A stretch of DNA of 64,000 bases from Oscillospiraceae bacterium. Lineage in GTDB: Bacteria; Bacillota; Clostridia; UMGS1883; UMGS1540. The stretch spans positions 1,968 through 65,967 of the forward strand of contig SVJY01000005.1 of NCBI GenBank assembly GCA_015068765.1. The letters run 5' to 3'. Numbering within the stretch: position 1 is the first letter of the stretch; every line of letters begins with the position of its first letter. The notes under the pieces are model-generated. The model worked only from the letters and a program-made list of their open reading frames with translations, did not search any database and had not been told where the DNA came from. Below are positions 1 to 9,720 of this stretch, one piece after another. The position numbers and the translations under genes were made by a program.

Positions 1-349
1 CGTCGCTGGGATAATTCAGCATCAGTACAATCTTCTTAGCCCCCATGGCAATACCCCGGAGACAGATTGCAAACCGGTTTCGGCTGAGAATGGGGAAAAT
101 GACCCCCACCGTTTCTCCGCCCAGCTTCGCCTTCACGTCTGCCGCAATCGCCTCGACGGATGCATAATTCCCCTGCGAACGGGCAACCACGGACTCTGTA
201 ATCGCCACCACGTCTCTGTCACGCAGAGCAAAGCCCTCGCTCTCTGCCGCTTCTATTACACTGTTTACCACGATGCCGGCAATATCATCGCCTTCCCGGA
301 TAATCGGGCACCGTATACCTCTGGAAACCGTACCTGTTCTTCTTTCCAT
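1..349 (-). CDS. CofE-like (F420-0:gamma-glutamyl ligase family) protein, N-terminal 116 aa only; the gene runs off the left edge
   Basis: Not in the ORF track because it runs off the edge. Reverse translation from the ATG ending at 349 gives MERRTGTVSRGIRCPIIREGDDIAGIVVNSVIEAAESEGFALRDRDVVAITESVVARSQGNYASVEAI... A GGAGG RBS lies on the complement of 359-363. The family call is from recalled similarity only. Confidence 0.5.
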   Translation of the reverse strand, partial: MERRTGTVSRGIRCPIIREGDDIAGIVVNSVIEAAESEGFALRDRDVVAITESVVARSQGNYASVEAIAADVKAKLGGETVGVIFPILSRNRFAICLRGIAMGAKKIVLMLNYPSD

Positions 350-451
350 AACAAATTACCTCCAAGCTATTGACTTTTCGCTCTTATTATACTACAATTA
401 TACATATTAGTAAAGCAGATAATACTTACAACTGTAATAAGGAGTGCTTAT

Positions 452-1333
452 ATGAAAACAAAGCTTGATTATTACCGCATTTTTTATGAAACAGCAAAGT
501 TTTCTTCCTTTTCTCTGGCGGCACAGCATCTTTATATTTCCCAGTCTGCCATATCGCAATGCATCCATCAGCTTGAAACGGATTTACAAACCCGGCTTTT
601 CTCCCGTTCTCGGACAGGCATCGCCCTTACCAAAGAGGGTACGCTGTTATTTCAAAAGATTGAAACGGCCATGCAGGCGATTATGCAGGGCGAATCCCTG
701 CTGGAACGGCTTAGGCATCTGGAAAGCGGTGCACTGACCATCGCCGCCGGTGATACCATTACCACTCATTTCCTGCTTCCGTATCTGGAGCAGTTTCATA
801 AGACGTATCCGGGCATTCGCATTGAAATGGCAAATTCGTATTCTTCCCATATGCTCCAGCTTGTCAAGGACGGCAAGGCCGACCTGGCTTTTGTCAATCT
901 GCCTGCCTATGACGAGGAGCTTTGCATTGCCCCCTGTCTCCAGATTCATGATATTTTCGTCTGCGGTGCTGCTTTCCCTATAAAATCCAAGTATTCCTTA
1001 GAAGAAATCGCGGCACTGCCTCTGATTTTGCTTGAAAAAAATTCCTCGTCAAGACGGTTTCTGGATAAGGTTTTCGCAGAAAAGCATATCGCCCTCGTAC
1101 CGCAGATTGAAATTGCCGCTCATGAATTACTTCTTCAATTTGCGTCTATTCATCTGGGCGTTGCCTGCGTGGTGGAAGAATTTTCAAAGGAAGCCCTATC
1201 TACGGGCAAGGTAAAAAAGCTGCCGCTTACGCCCCAGCTACCGCCACGCAGTATTGGCTGTGCCTATCTTCGTGGCGGTACGCTGTCCCAGGCGGCACAG
1301 GCGTTTCTTAAACTGACCGGTCAGAACATATGA
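452..1333 (+). CDS. LysR-family transcriptional regulator
   Basis: 293-aa ORF. N-terminal wHTH (FSLAAQHLYISQSAISQCIHQLE) followed by a LysR substrate-binding-type C-terminus. A GGAG RBS lies just upstream. Confidence 0.9.
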   Translation: MKTKLDYYRIFYETAKFSSFSLAAQHLYISQSAISQCIHQLETDLQTRLFSRSRTGIALTKEGTLLFQKIETAMQAIMQGESLLERLRHLESGALTIAAGDTITTHFLLPYLEQFHKTYPGIRIEMANSYSSHMLQLVKDGKADLAFVNLPAYDEELCIAPCLQIHDIFVCGAAFPIKSKYSLEEIAALPLILLEKNSSSRRFLDKVFAEKHIALVPQIEIAAHELLLQFASIHLGVACVVEEFSKEALSTGKVKKLPLTPQLPPRSIGCAYLRGGTLSQAAQAFLKLTGQNI

Positions 1334-1338
1334 AAAAG

Positions 1339-1364
1339 AGGGCTGTGCGAACGCAACAGCCCCG
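1339..1364. terminator. Hairpin between convergent genes (GGGCTGT...ACAGCCC), candidate bidirectional terminator
   Basis: Inverted repeat GGGCTGT / ACAGCCC seen directly between the LysR stop (1333) and the ASRT-like stop (1381). Confidence 0.45.
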
Positions 1365-1380
1365 AATATCTTAAATCGCA

Positions 1381-1746
1381 TCACACCGCACAAAAGCCGG
1401 TGGAATAGTATCCCAGATTATGCCGTCTGTCCAAGCGACCGTAGCTGGCACATACGGGGATATCGCTTTCCAGCTCCAGAGAAAACTGACCCATAGGAAT
1501 GGAATACTTTTCTTCGCAGAACGGCAAGTCCGTGCGGAGGCAGAGAACACGTTCTGCCCCGACGGTGAGATGCAGTCCCTTCACCGGCGGCTTATCTTCA
1601 AAATACACATTGACCAGAATATGTGCGTCCTGTGTATTTTTATTGGTAATAATCAGTGCTTCGTGTCCGGGCAGGCTCGCATCGTCCCCGGTACCGGGAA
1701 AGTCGCCGTCTACAAACATATAGTTTCTGTAACCCAATTCAGCCAT
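1381..1746 (-). CDS. Sensory-rhodopsin-transducer-like (ASRT family) small beta-sandwich protein
   Basis: 121 aa. The pattern HEALIITNKNTQDAHILVNVYFEDKPPVKGLHLTVGAERV...IPVCASYGRLDRR parallels Anabaena ASRT (HETVCILNAG.EDAHVEITIYYSDKEPVGPYRLTVPARRT...VPIVVQHTRLDSR), recalled from memory. Confidence 0.7.
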   Translation of the reverse strand: MAELGYRNYMFVDGDFPGTGDDASLPGHEALIITNKNTQDAHILVNVYFEDKPPVKGLHLTVGAERVLCLRTDLPFCEEKYSIPMGQFSLELESDIPVCASYGRLDRRHNLGYYSTGFCAV

Positions 1747-1758
1747 GAGAAATCCTCC

Positions 1759-2922
1759 TTATAAATCCTTCATGAAATAATCAAACATCTTCGGTGACAG
1801 CGGCTCGCAACCGGTTTCCGTAATCACAAAGCCGGTTTCAATACGACCGCCGTGCAGCTGGGGATGACCGAAGAAGCTGACGTCGATATTGACAATTACG
1901 CCGGGCTCCAGAACAAAGTCACCGTTAGGCCCGAAGAAGGGAGCTTCCGCTTCCATAAGACCCATAGAATGTACAAAGGGACACACCAGGTAATCCATCA
2001 GACCGTGCTTTTCATAATATTTACGGCCGGGTACGTCAATTTCCTTACCGCTCATACCGGGCTTTAAGAGTTCGTGCGTCAGGCGGAAGGTTTCACGCAT
2101 ATGATTGAGTAAATCCTTCTGCTTCTGTGTGTATACACCATTGACAGGAATCGTATCCCCAAAAGTACCGGCATAGCCGTTGATTCTGGGTGCAATACCG
2201 ATCATAACCAGCTCGCCGTCTTCCATTTTCTTATTTGTAGCAGTGGGTACAACCGCCTTAGCACGGGCACCGGAGCCTACAATTGTTGCATAGGCGAAGC
2301 TGTTTGCACCGTTTGTACGGCAAACGGCTTCACCGGCGGCGGCAACGGCGTATTCATACGCACCAACCCCGATTGCCTCAACCATTTTGTCATAAGCAAC
2401 ATCACAAAGCTGGACGGACTTGGTAATCTGTTCAATCTCCCAGGGGGATTTGTATGCCCGCAGATTTTCATATTCTTCCGTAATGTCCTCCAGTGGGAAG
2501 CATTCGGAGAAGTCAAGGTATACCTGGTGCGGAATCGTGGTAGTACCTACCATACCCACCCGGTGCAATTCTGTTCCTTCCCGCTTCAGTTCTTCCTTCA
2601 GTTGGGCAAAGTTCATTATGGTTGCATTGGGATATTCCTCGTCGGGCACCATAAAGACCGGGAAGCATCTGACCTTGGTGATGGCAGAGTCCATCTTTGC
2701 AAAGGGCTCGGATTCCGGTCCGCCCAGAAGAATCGGCTCCCCGTTTACCGGAACAAGCACTGCCCCCTTCTCGAACTGACCGCACCAGCCTGTCAGATAC
2801 CAGCCATTCGCCACATTGAGCTCGTCAAAGTAAACGAGTGCCGCATCCAGTTTCTTTTCGACCAGAATCTTCCGGACTGCTTCCAACCGTTTTTGTGTTT
2901 CTGCACTGTTATAATACGCCAT
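1759..2922 (-). CDS. M24-family metallopeptidase (Xaa-Pro aminopeptidase/prolidase-like with creatinase-type N-domain)
   Basis: 387 aa. The length and pita-bread-fold C-terminal half fit the M24B architecture. Confidence 0.8.
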   Translation of the reverse strand: MAYYNSAETQKRLEAVRKILVEKKLDAALVYFDELNVANGWYLTGWCGQFEKGAVLVPVNGEPILLGGPESEPFAKMDSAITKVRCFPVFMVPDEEYPNATIMNFAQLKEELKREGTELHRVGMVGTTTIPHQVYLDFSECFPLEDITEEYENLRAYKSPWEIEQITKSVQLCDVAYDKMVEAIGVGAYEYAVAAAGEAVCRTNGANSFAYATIVGSGARAKAVVPTATNKKMEDGELVMIGIAPRINGYAGTFGDTIPVNGVYTQKQKDLLNHMRETFRLTHELLKPGMSGKEIDVPGRKYYEKHGLMDYLVCPFVHSMGLMEAEAPFFGPNGDFVLEPGVIVNIDVSFFGHPQLHGGRIETGFVITETGCEPLSPKMFDYFMKDL

Positions 2923-3067
2923 ACATAACCATTCCTTTCTTTTTTATAACATAGGCACAGCGGTGCCGCTATAATTTTATTATACGGATTTCACGAAAAA
3001 ACACAAGCAACAATCCGCCCTAAATGTTGCACTATCTTCCCAGTTAGAGAGAAGTTCACCAAAAGTA

Positions 3068-3097
3068 TTGACAGGGGTGCCTCAGGCGTGCTATAGT
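3068..3097 (+). promoter_or_regulatory. Candidate sigma-A promoter for the AraC/GHL6 pair
   Basis: TTGACA at 3068-3073, a 17-18 nt spacer, then CTATAGT at 3091-3097, about 30 nt upstream of the GTG start at 3127. Confidence 0.4.
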
Positions 3098-3126
3098 TAA
3101 AGAAAGCTGAAAAAAGGAGCACTGCC

Positions 3127-4002
3127 GTGCAAATCCGATACGATGTTGAAAAAATAAAATCTATCATCTCAGACTTTTCCAATATTACCGGCATCAGTAT
3201 GTCGCTTCTGGACACAGAATTTAATTGGATTGCCACATTCGCCCATAACAGCCCGGCTTTTTGTGAAAAGATACGTTCCCACAAAAAGGGGGACATTCTG
3301 TGCTATCAGTCCGATCTGGACATTCTGAAAAAGTGCCGGAAGGCGAAGGGTTTTGTTTCCCACACCTGCCATGCCGGTATTATCGATTCCGCCATGCCGC
3401 TTATGAAAAACGGTATTATCAGCGGTTACATCATTTTCGGCAGAATCCGTCCCGCGAAGGATGTGGATGAAATCTGCAAAAATATTGCGTGGCTGGGCGA
3501 GGACCCGGATGATCTCCGGGAAAGCTACATGAAAATATCCTATTACAATGCGGAACAGATTCTGAGTATGTCCCGGCTGGTATCGGAAATCCTGTTTGCC
3601 AATGCCATCGTCATTGAGCTGGACGAGCCGCTGAAAACGGCGGTCGCCTATATAGAAAACAATCTGGCAGAGGATTTGTCCCTGGAGCGGCTATGCAGTG
3701 TGTGCCATGCATCAAAAAATATGCTTTATAAATGCTTTCGGGACACCTTCGGCACAACCGTTAACAGGTACGTTACGGAAAAACGGCTGACTGCCGCCAC
3801 ACGCCGGATTGAAAATTCGGATACACCGATTTACAAAATCGCGGAGGATGTAGGGATCAATAATTATACATATTTTTGCAAACTGTTCCGAAAGCACACA
3901 TCGGTTTCCCCTTCGGAATACAGAAAGGATCTTCGCCGGGTTCAATGCGCTGATGCGGTAAGATTAAAACATATAAATACTGAGGAGAGTGGTATTCTAT
4001 GA
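3127..4002 (+). CDS. AraC-family transcriptional regulator with N-terminal PocR-type sensory domain
   Basis: 291 aa with a GTG start. The N-terminal half resembles a PocR ligand-binding domain. The C-terminal part has the AraC double HTH (LERLCSVCHASKNMLYKCFRDTFGTT...IAEDVGINNYTYFCKLFRKHTSVSPSEYR). It overlaps the next gene by 4 nt (ATGA). Confidence 0.85.
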   Translation: MQIRYDVEKIKSIISDFSNITGISMSLLDTEFNWIATFAHNSPAFCEKIRSHKKGDILCYQSDLDILKKCRKAKGFVSHTCHAGIIDSAMPLMKNGIISGYIIFGRIRPAKDVDEICKNIAWLGEDPDDLRESYMKISYYNAEQILSMSRLVSEILFANAIVIELDEPLKTAVAYIENNLAEDLSLERLCSVCHASKNMLYKCFRDTFGTTVNRYVTEKRLTAATRRIENSDTPIYKIAEDVGINNYTYFCKLFRKHTSVSPSEYRKDLRRVQCADAVRLKHINTEESGIL

Positions 4003-6080
4003 AAAACAAAAAATGGTATGAGACAAGCTATCGCCGTAATTTGATTGATATGCATATTCCGGACTGGGACCCTTCCTTTTTTGCCCAGCTTGACCCGGAG
4101 GAATACGTGCGGATGCTGAAAACCGCCAATGTGGACACCGCATATATTTACACAACCTCCTGCGTGGGGCTCTGTAACTTTCCCACCAAAATAGGAAAGA
4201 TGCACGAGGGGCTCCGGGGACGGGATATCATCCGGGAGATTACAGATGGTTGCCGCAGAGAGGGAATCCGCCCCGTTTTATACATAAATATGTGGTCTAA
4301 GTGGGCCTATGATACCTATCCCGACTGGCGTTGTGTTTCTCCGGAGGGAAAGGGTTCTCTTGAATATATGTGGGGCCAACCGGGTCGGTACGGCGTGCTT
4401 TGCCCCAATTCTCCATATAAAGACTATGTGCTGGGTCTTGTGCGTGAGCTGATGGATTCCTATGAAACGGACGGACTTTGGATTGATATGATCCTATGGC
4501 GTACCATGTGCACCTGTAAACACTGCCGCAAGCGGTTTGAAGAAGAAACAGGCTATCCCTTCCCGGATACAATTAACATGGGCGATCCGGCATTCATGTC
4601 CTACCTCCGCAAGCGTGAGGAATGGATTGGTGAGTTTACGGACAGCATCCGCTTTGCCGTATACGCCAAAAACCCCGATGCAGCAGTAATCTGCAATTCC
4701 TGTTATCATCCCAGCGTCGTTATGGGAATGGGCCTGGACTATGCAGATAAAACGGAATTTATCGCCGGCGACGCCAACCTTGGCATCGAACGTTCCTTTG
4801 AGGCAAAGCTTTTCAATAATGTTGCAAAAAATCATCCCTTTGAATTTTTGTGCTCGGTAATGGATCCGGCGCTGCACGAACATTCCATGCTGAAAACCGA
4901 GGAGCACCTTCTTCAGCTCATGACAAGCTGTCTTGCCCACAACGGACGAAACGGTTTTATTGACGCCATTGACCCTTCCGGCAAACTGAATCCCCAGGTC
5001 TACTCCCATATGCGGAAGGTGTATGATGAAACAGATAAATATATCCCCTATCTGGAAACAGAGGTTTCTTTCTGTGCGGATGTTGCCATTTATACGAACT
5101 TCTCCTGCTCCTATTCGCCGGAGGATGACGGCACCCCTCTCCGGGACACACTAAACACCCCGTCCTCCCACATGGTTGCGGCAAAAAGCATGGCCGAAAG
5201 ACTTGTGGAGCATAATATTCCTTATGATGTCATTACGCCTCTTTCCTTAGACAGATTGCATGACTTTTCTGCCATTCTTCTGCCGGAGGTCTGTGTTCTT
5301 TCCGATCAGGAAGTAGAGGCACTGCGTGCCTATGTAAAAGAAGGCGGCAATCTGTACGCCTCCGGCCGCTGTGCGGTATATGACGGCTTAGGCGGCAAAA
5401 CAGAAGCCGGCCGTCTTGCGGACGTGCTGGGTGTCCGGCTTTGCGGTCGTACCGACGAGGAACGCACCTTTATCCGCCCTGTAGAGGGAAGCGACCTTCT
5501 GCCCGGCTACACAGAGGAGCATCCCTTGTCCTGCAACAGCTGGCAGGCGATCGTGGAAGTAGACGAGGATGCAGAGGTTTTAGGACGGATGACCTTGCCC
5601 ATTGTGCATCCCAAGGATGTTACAAAGTTTGCCTCCGCCATTTCTGATCCCCCTGGAAAAATAACATCCCATCCCTCGATTGTTTCACACGGCTATGGAA
5701 AGGGACAGGTTTTCTATGTGGCAACGCTTCTTGAAAACTTTGGCGGACGTGACCACAGTGCCCTTTTTGCACGCATTGTCGGCAATCTGATAGGCGAAAC
5801 ACCGGCCTTCACTTCCGATGCACCCCACCCTGTGGAAATCACCGTGTACCGCCAGAAAGAAAGCGGCAGATACGTGATTAACCTGACAAATTCTTCCCTG
5901 CCGGTGCTTACCCTTGCGGACATCACCGTCCGGGTTCGGATTCCGGAGGAAATCAAGGCCTTCTATTCTGCCCCTGACCGGACAGAGATTCCCTACACAA
6001 GGGAAGGCGAATATGTTTCCTTCTTCCTGCCGCGGCTGAGAGTCTTTGAAATGATTGTTGCGGAACCGGAGCAAAAATAG
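3999..6080 (+). CDS. Putative cytoplasmic glycoside hydrolase, GHL6-like TIM barrel plus beta-galactosidase-trimerisation/GATase-like domain
   Basis: 693 aa with no signal peptide. The N-terminus NLIDMHIPDWDPSFF...DTAYIYTTSCVGLCNFPTK...LWIDM is typical of the hypothetical-glycosyl-hydrolase-6 family as I recall it. Translationally coupled to the AraC gene. Confidence 0.55.
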   Translation: MKNKKWYETSYRRNLIDMHIPDWDPSFFAQLDPEEYVRMLKTANVDTAYIYTTSCVGLCNFPTKIGKMHEGLRGRDIIREITDGCRREGIRPVLYINMWSKWAYDTYPDWRCVSPEGKGSLEYMWGQPGRYGVLCPNSPYKDYVLGLVRELMDSYETDGLWIDMILWRTMCTCKHCRKRFEEETGYPFPDTINMGDPAFMSYLRKREEWIGEFTDSIRFAVYAKNPDAAVICNSCYHPSVVMGMGLDYADKTEFIAGDANLGIERSFEAKLFNNVAKNHPFEFLCSVMDPALHEHSMLKTEEHLLQLMTSCLAHNGRNGFIDAIDPSGKLNPQVYSHMRKVYDETDKYIPYLETEVSFCADVAIYTNFSCSYSPEDDGTPLRDTLNTPSSHMVAAKSMAERLVEHNIPYDVITPLSLDRLHDFSAILLPEVCVLSDQEVEALRAYVKEGGNLYASGRCAVYDGLGGKTEAGRLADVLGVRLCGRTDEERTFIRPVEGSDLLPGYTEEHPLSCNSWQAIVEVDEDAEVLGRMTLPIVHPKDVTKFASAISDPPGKITSHPSIVSHGYGKGQVFYVATLLENFGGRDHSALFARIVGNLIGETPAFTSDAPHPVEITVYRQKESGRYVINLTNSSLPVLTLADITVRVRIPEEIKAFYSAPDRTEIPYTREGEYVSFFLPRLRVFEMIVAEPEQK

Positions 6081-6090
6081 CTACAAAATA

Positions 6091-6122
6091 GCGGGCTGTA
6101 AAAATCAGTTTTTACAGCCCGC
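6091..6122. terminator. Strong bidirectional rho-independent terminator
   Basis: GCGGGCTGTAAAAA-TCAG-TTTTTACAGCCCGC, a perfect 14-bp stem flanked by A/T runs, between convergent genes (stops at 6080 and 6127). Confidence 0.75.
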
Positions 6123-6126
6123 AAAA

Positions 6127-6447
6127 TTATCCCAAAAAGCGAAGGAGCACTTCCACAACAAAAACCGCACCGCAAGCCGAAGCCGCCACAAAGAGAAGGC
6201 TTCGTTCAAAGTAGGCAGCAACCAGTGCCGCAAGCAATCCGGCGGCGGCACTCCAGTGGCTTTCTGTGGCATAGAAAATGGCAGGAACGGTCATAACGCT
6301 TAGGACGGCATAGGGAATGTAGTGGAGAAAGGACAAGAGAAACCGATTCCGTATTTTTCGCTTGACCAGCACCAGTGGCACCATACGGACCAGATAGGTA
6401 ATACCGGCGGTTACGGCGAGATAAAGGAAAAAGTGTGCGTTATGCAT
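6127..6447 (-). CDS. azlD: AzlD-family branched-chain amino acid transport protein
   Basis: 106-aa hydrophobic protein overlapping the upstream AzlC gene by 8 nt, the classic azlCD arrangement. Confidence 0.75.
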   Translation of the reverse strand: MHNAHFFLYLAVTAGITYLVRMVPLVLVKRKIRNRFLLSFLHYIPYAVLSVMTVPAIFYATESHWSAAAGLLAALVAAYFERSLLFVAASACGAVFVVEVLLRFLG

Positions 6448-7159
6448 GGTCTACCTCCTCAATCTCCACAACCGGCCGCACTGCCGCCATAACGGCACTT
6501 GCCGCCACTGCACAGATGATAATGGAAAAACCACCGGGAATGTTCTGCAATACGGGAATATAATAGAAAAGACAGCTTAAAAAAATAGCCAGAAGGACGC
6601 AAAGTGCGGTGGGTTTACTCTTTTTGGCACTGGGGAGTACGATAGCCACAAACATGCCGTAAATGGCAACGCCCAGTGCGGAAACGAGTATGCCGGGCAA
6701 AATATCCCCTGCCGCTGCACCAAGCAGTGTGCCTACGCTCCAGCCCAGAAAGGGCGTGAGAATCAGCCCGTGCATATATCGCCGTTCTACAGCTTTTCCT
6801 TGTCCTGCCGCCACGGCGAACACCTCGTCCGTATTGACAAAGGCGATTAAAAACCGGTCACGCATACGTATGTCCGCCCCCAGCCGCTGGGAAAGGGACA
6901 GGGACATAAGTGCATACCGGGCATTGATAACCAGCTGCATCAGAGCAAGCTCTAAAAGGGAGCCGCCTGCCGCTATAATAGGGACAGCGGCAAACTGTCC
7001 GGCAGAGGTCACGTTTGCCATGGATAGGAAAAGTGCCTCCAGCGTGCCCAGTCCGCTTGCCACCGCAAAAATACCAAAGGCAAAGGATACGGAAATGTAC
7101 CCAAAACAAATGGGTAAGCCGTCCCGTATGCCCCGGATAAATTCTTCTTTTTTCTTCAT
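6440..7159 (-). CDS. azlC: AzlC-family branched-chain amino acid permease component
   Basis: Polytopic membrane protein (GIRDGLPICFGYISVSFAFG...). The track ORF extends to 7201. I place the start at the ATG ending at 7159 (MKKKEEF), which has a GGGAGG RBS 6 nt upstream. Confidence 0.85.
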   Translation of the reverse strand: MKKKEEFIRGIRDGLPICFGYISVSFAFGIFAVASGLGTLEALFLSMANVTSAGQFAAVPIIAAGGSLLELALMQLVINARYALMSLSLSQRLGADIRMRDRFLIAFVNTDEVFAVAAGQGKAVERRYMHGLILTPFLGWSVGTLLGAAAGDILPGILVSALGVAIYGMFVAIVLPSAKKSKPTALCVLLAIFLSCLFYYIPVLQNIPGGFSIIICAVAASAVMAAVRPVVEIEEVDHA

Positions 7160-7222
7160 GACGTTCCTCCCTTCCGTCTGCCCATAGAAAACAGACGGCA
7201 TGTATGCGTACCGTACCGCACT

Positions 7223-7873
7223 TTATTTTGCATCTGCACTGTCTATCCGGATTTTAGGCAAACTCCACCGATATTTCGTTGCCAACATACGTATTGCAAA
7301 TATGAGTAGCATGGATAAAAGGGAGGCTGTCTGTATTTTCTGTATTCTTAAAACGAAGTATACAATGCCTCCAAGAATCGCTGCTATTGCATAAATATGC
7401 TTTTTAAAGATATAGGGTGTTGTGTCGATCAGTACATCCCTGAAAATACCGCCGCCCACTCCGGTAATCATGCCTGAAAAGACAACGACAAACCCATTAC
7501 TTATAAAACCGTTTGAACAGGCGATTTCACAGCCAATGACAACAAAGGCTGCCAATCCGATTGCATCAAAAACGTTGTTGATGGTCTCAATTCTTTTCTT
7601 TAGTTCATTAAATTTCTTCCTGAAAATATACGCAACCACAAAGGTCAAAACCGCAACAACCATCGCCAACAGAAAAATTGTAAGGTTATTGAAAATCGCA
7701 GGTGTAGTTATCCCTAATACGATGTCCCTTACAATTCCGCCCGCAAAGGCTGTGACACATGCCAAAAAAACAACACCAAACACATCCAGGCCTGACTGAA
7801 TGGCCACCAATGCACCTGACAGGGCAAAGGCTATGGTTCCCATGATTTCCATTATCTTGATTATTTCTGCCAT
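7223..7873 (-). CDS. Trimeric intracellular cation channel (TRIC/UPF0126, YadS/YicG-like) membrane protein
   Basis: Two UPF0126 repeats (GGIVRDI..., GGGIFRDVL). The start is chosen at MAEII (7873) because of an AGGAAGAG RBS. The track ORF extends to 7894. Confidence 0.8.
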   Translation of the reverse strand: MAEIIKIMEIMGTIAFALSGALVAIQSGLDVFGVVFLACVTAFAGGIVRDIVLGITTPAIFNNLTIFLLAMVVAVLTFVVAYIFRKKFNELKKRIETINNVFDAIGLAAFVVIGCEIACSNGFISNGFVVVFSGMITGVGGGIFRDVLIDTTPYIFKKHIYAIAAILGGIVYFVLRIQKIQTASLLSMLLIFAIRMLATKYRWSLPKIRIDSADAK

Positions 7874-7999
7874 AAAACATCTCTTCCTAATCATAGATTA
7901 CCGGATGATACATTGTAGCCCAAACATCCGAAAACAATCCTTTTTGGCCCCCTCATACAAAACGAAATTCTTCGATCGTGTACGAGAAGTTTTTTCGCA

Positions 8000-8032
8000 A
8001 AAAAAGTCTGTTTGAAACAAACAGACTTTTTT
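8000..8032. terminator. Bidirectional rho-independent terminator downstream of gdhA
   Basis: AAAAAAGTCTGTTTG-AAA-CAAACAGACTTTTTT seen directly, 18 nt beyond the gdhA stop. Confidence 0.7.
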
Positions 8033-8049
8033 GTGAAAATAGTATTTGC

Positions 8050-9405
8050 TTACACGATACCCTGTGCCATCATCGCATTTGCAACCTTCTTAAAGCCTGC
8101 AATATTTGCACCGGCAACCAAATCATAGCCGAGACCGTATTCTTCTGCAGCTTCTACGGAAACCTTATGGATATTGATCATGATACCCTTCAGCTTCTCG
8201 TCAACCTCTTCTGCACTCCAGCCATACCGCATGGAGTTCTGTGCCATTTCCAGTGCAGAAACGGCTACGCCGCCGGCGTTGACTGCCTTAGACGGGCCAA
8301 CAACCAGACCCTTGCTTCTCAGGAGCACCATAGCCTCATTCGTGGTGGGCATATTGGCAACTTCAATATAGTATTTGGTTCCGTTGGCAATAATCTGTTC
8401 TGCTTCCGGGATACCAATTTCATTCTGTGTTGCACAAGGCATACAAATATCAACCTTAACGCCCCAGGGCTTCTGCTTTGCAAAGAATTCGCAGCCGAAT
8501 TTTTCTGCATAATCCTGTGCACGGTCACGACCGGAGGTACGCATTTCAAGGAGATAATCCCATTTTTCCTTCGTGCCAACACCGTCCGGATCGTAAACAT
8601 AGCCGTCGGGACCGGAAATCGTAACAACCTTACCGCCAAGCTCTGTTACCTTCTGGCAAACACCCCATGCAACATTACCGAAACCGGAAACTGCAACGGT
8701 TTTACCACTGAAGGAATCACCTTCGTGCTTGAGAACTTCGTTTGCATAGTAAGAAGCACCGAAGCCGGTAGCTTCCGGACGAATCAGGGAACCGCCGTAT
8801 TCCAGACCCTTACCGGTCAGAACACCGTTCTCCCAACAGCCTCGAATTCTCTTATATTGACCGTAGAGATACCCAATCTCTCTGCCGCCAACACCGATAT
8901 CGCCGGCAGGAACGTCCACGTCGGGACCGATATGTCTGTAAAGCTCGGTCATAAACGCCTGGCAGAAACGCATGATTTCTGCATCGCTCTTGCCTCTGGG
9001 GTCAAAGTCGGAACCACCCTTACCGCCGCCGATCGGGAGACCGGTTAAGCTGTTTTTAAAGGTTTGTTCAAAGCCCAGAAACTTGATGATACCGGAATAT
9101 ACGGACGGATGGAAACGCAGGCCGCCCTTGTAGGGACCGATTGCACTGTTAAACTGTACACGGAAGCCTCTGTTTGAATGTACCTTCCCATTGTCATCCA
9201 CCCAGGAAACACGGAACGTAATCATTCTTTCCGGTTCAACCAGACGCTCCATCAGACCACTTGCTTCATACTCCGGATGCATTTCTACTACGGGTTCAAT
9301 GGATTCAAAGACCTCCTCTACGGTCTGCAAAAACTCAGGCTCTCCTTTGTCTCTCAACTGAACCTGCTCAAAGACCCGCTTTAAGTACTCGTTCTTAATT
9401 GCCAT
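8050..9405 (-). CDS. gdhA: NADP-specific glutamate dehydrogenase
   Basis: Hexameric GDH hallmarks: GPYKGGLRFHPSV, the catalytic-lysine motif LPIGGGKGGSDFDP, and the GFGNVAWG Rossmann motif. The ATG at 9405 (MAIKNEY) sits 8 nt after GAAGGGG. The track start at 9414 is a GTG abutting the RBS. Confidence 0.95.
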   Translation of the reverse strand: MAIKNEYLKRVFEQVQLRDKGEPEFLQTVEEVFESIEPVVEMHPEYEASGLMERLVEPERMITFRVSWVDDNGKVHSNRGFRVQFNSAIGPYKGGLRFHPSVYSGIIKFLGFEQTFKNSLTGLPIGGGKGGSDFDPRGKSDAEIMRFCQAFMTELYRHIGPDVDVPAGDIGVGGREIGYLYGQYKRIRGCWENGVLTGKGLEYGGSLIRPEATGFGASYYANEVLKHEGDSFSGKTVAVSGFGNVAWGVCQKVTELGGKVVTISGPDGYVYDPDGVGTKEKWDYLLEMRTSGRDRAQDYAEKFGCEFFAKQKPWGVKVDICMPCATQNEIGIPEAEQIIANGTKYYIEVANMPTTNEAMVLLRSKGLVVGPSKAVNAGGVAVSALEMAQNSMRYGWSAEEVDEKLKGIMINIHKVSVEAAEEYGLGYDLVAGANIAGFKKVANAMMAQGIV

Positions 9406-9439
9406 ACCAAACACCCCTTCTATTTTTTTATAATATAGT

Positions 9440-9469
9440 ATTATAACATATTCCTGTACCCCTTGGCAA
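9440..9469 (-). promoter_or_regulatory. Candidate sigma-A promoter of gdhA
   Basis: On the minus strand: TTGCCA (complement of 9464-9469), an 18-nt spacer, then TATAAT (complement of 9440-9445). Confidence 0.4.
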
Positions 9470-9660
9470 TGCGTAAAAGAAAAAAATTTTTGTATTTTTT
9501 TAATTTTGTAAAAAATAAATAGAAAATCGAGTGATTTCGACGAATTTTTTAATTTTTTTCACTACACCCGAAGCGGATTGTATTCGTCGGCACGGTTTTC
9601 GTCCCTTCACCTTTTGACAAGACAGCACCGATTTTTTCCTGCGTCTGCCACAAAAAAATC

Positions 9661-9689
9661 TTGCTTTTTCGTGAAAGAGAGCGTATAAT
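9661..9689 (+). promoter_or_regulatory. Candidate sigma-A promoter of the PHP/ymdB pair
   Basis: TTGCTT (9661-9666), a 17-nt spacer, then TATAAT (9684-9689), about 30 nt upstream of the ATG at 9721. Confidence 0.45.
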
Positions 9690-9720
9690 AAAATAATAGT
9701 AAAGGAAGCAGTAAGAGAGG

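Noticed and set aside
1381-1746. Interpreting the ASRT homolog as evidence for phototaxis or light sensing
   Set aside because: The window has no rhodopsin or photoreceptor gene, and the family name reflects only the first characterised member.
7978-9048. 356-aa plus-strand ORF opposite gdhA
   Set aside because: It lies entirely antisense to an unmistakable glutamate dehydrogenase gene. The translation is low-complexity and Cys/Thr/Asn-rich with no motif and no RBS. This is a typical shadow ORF.
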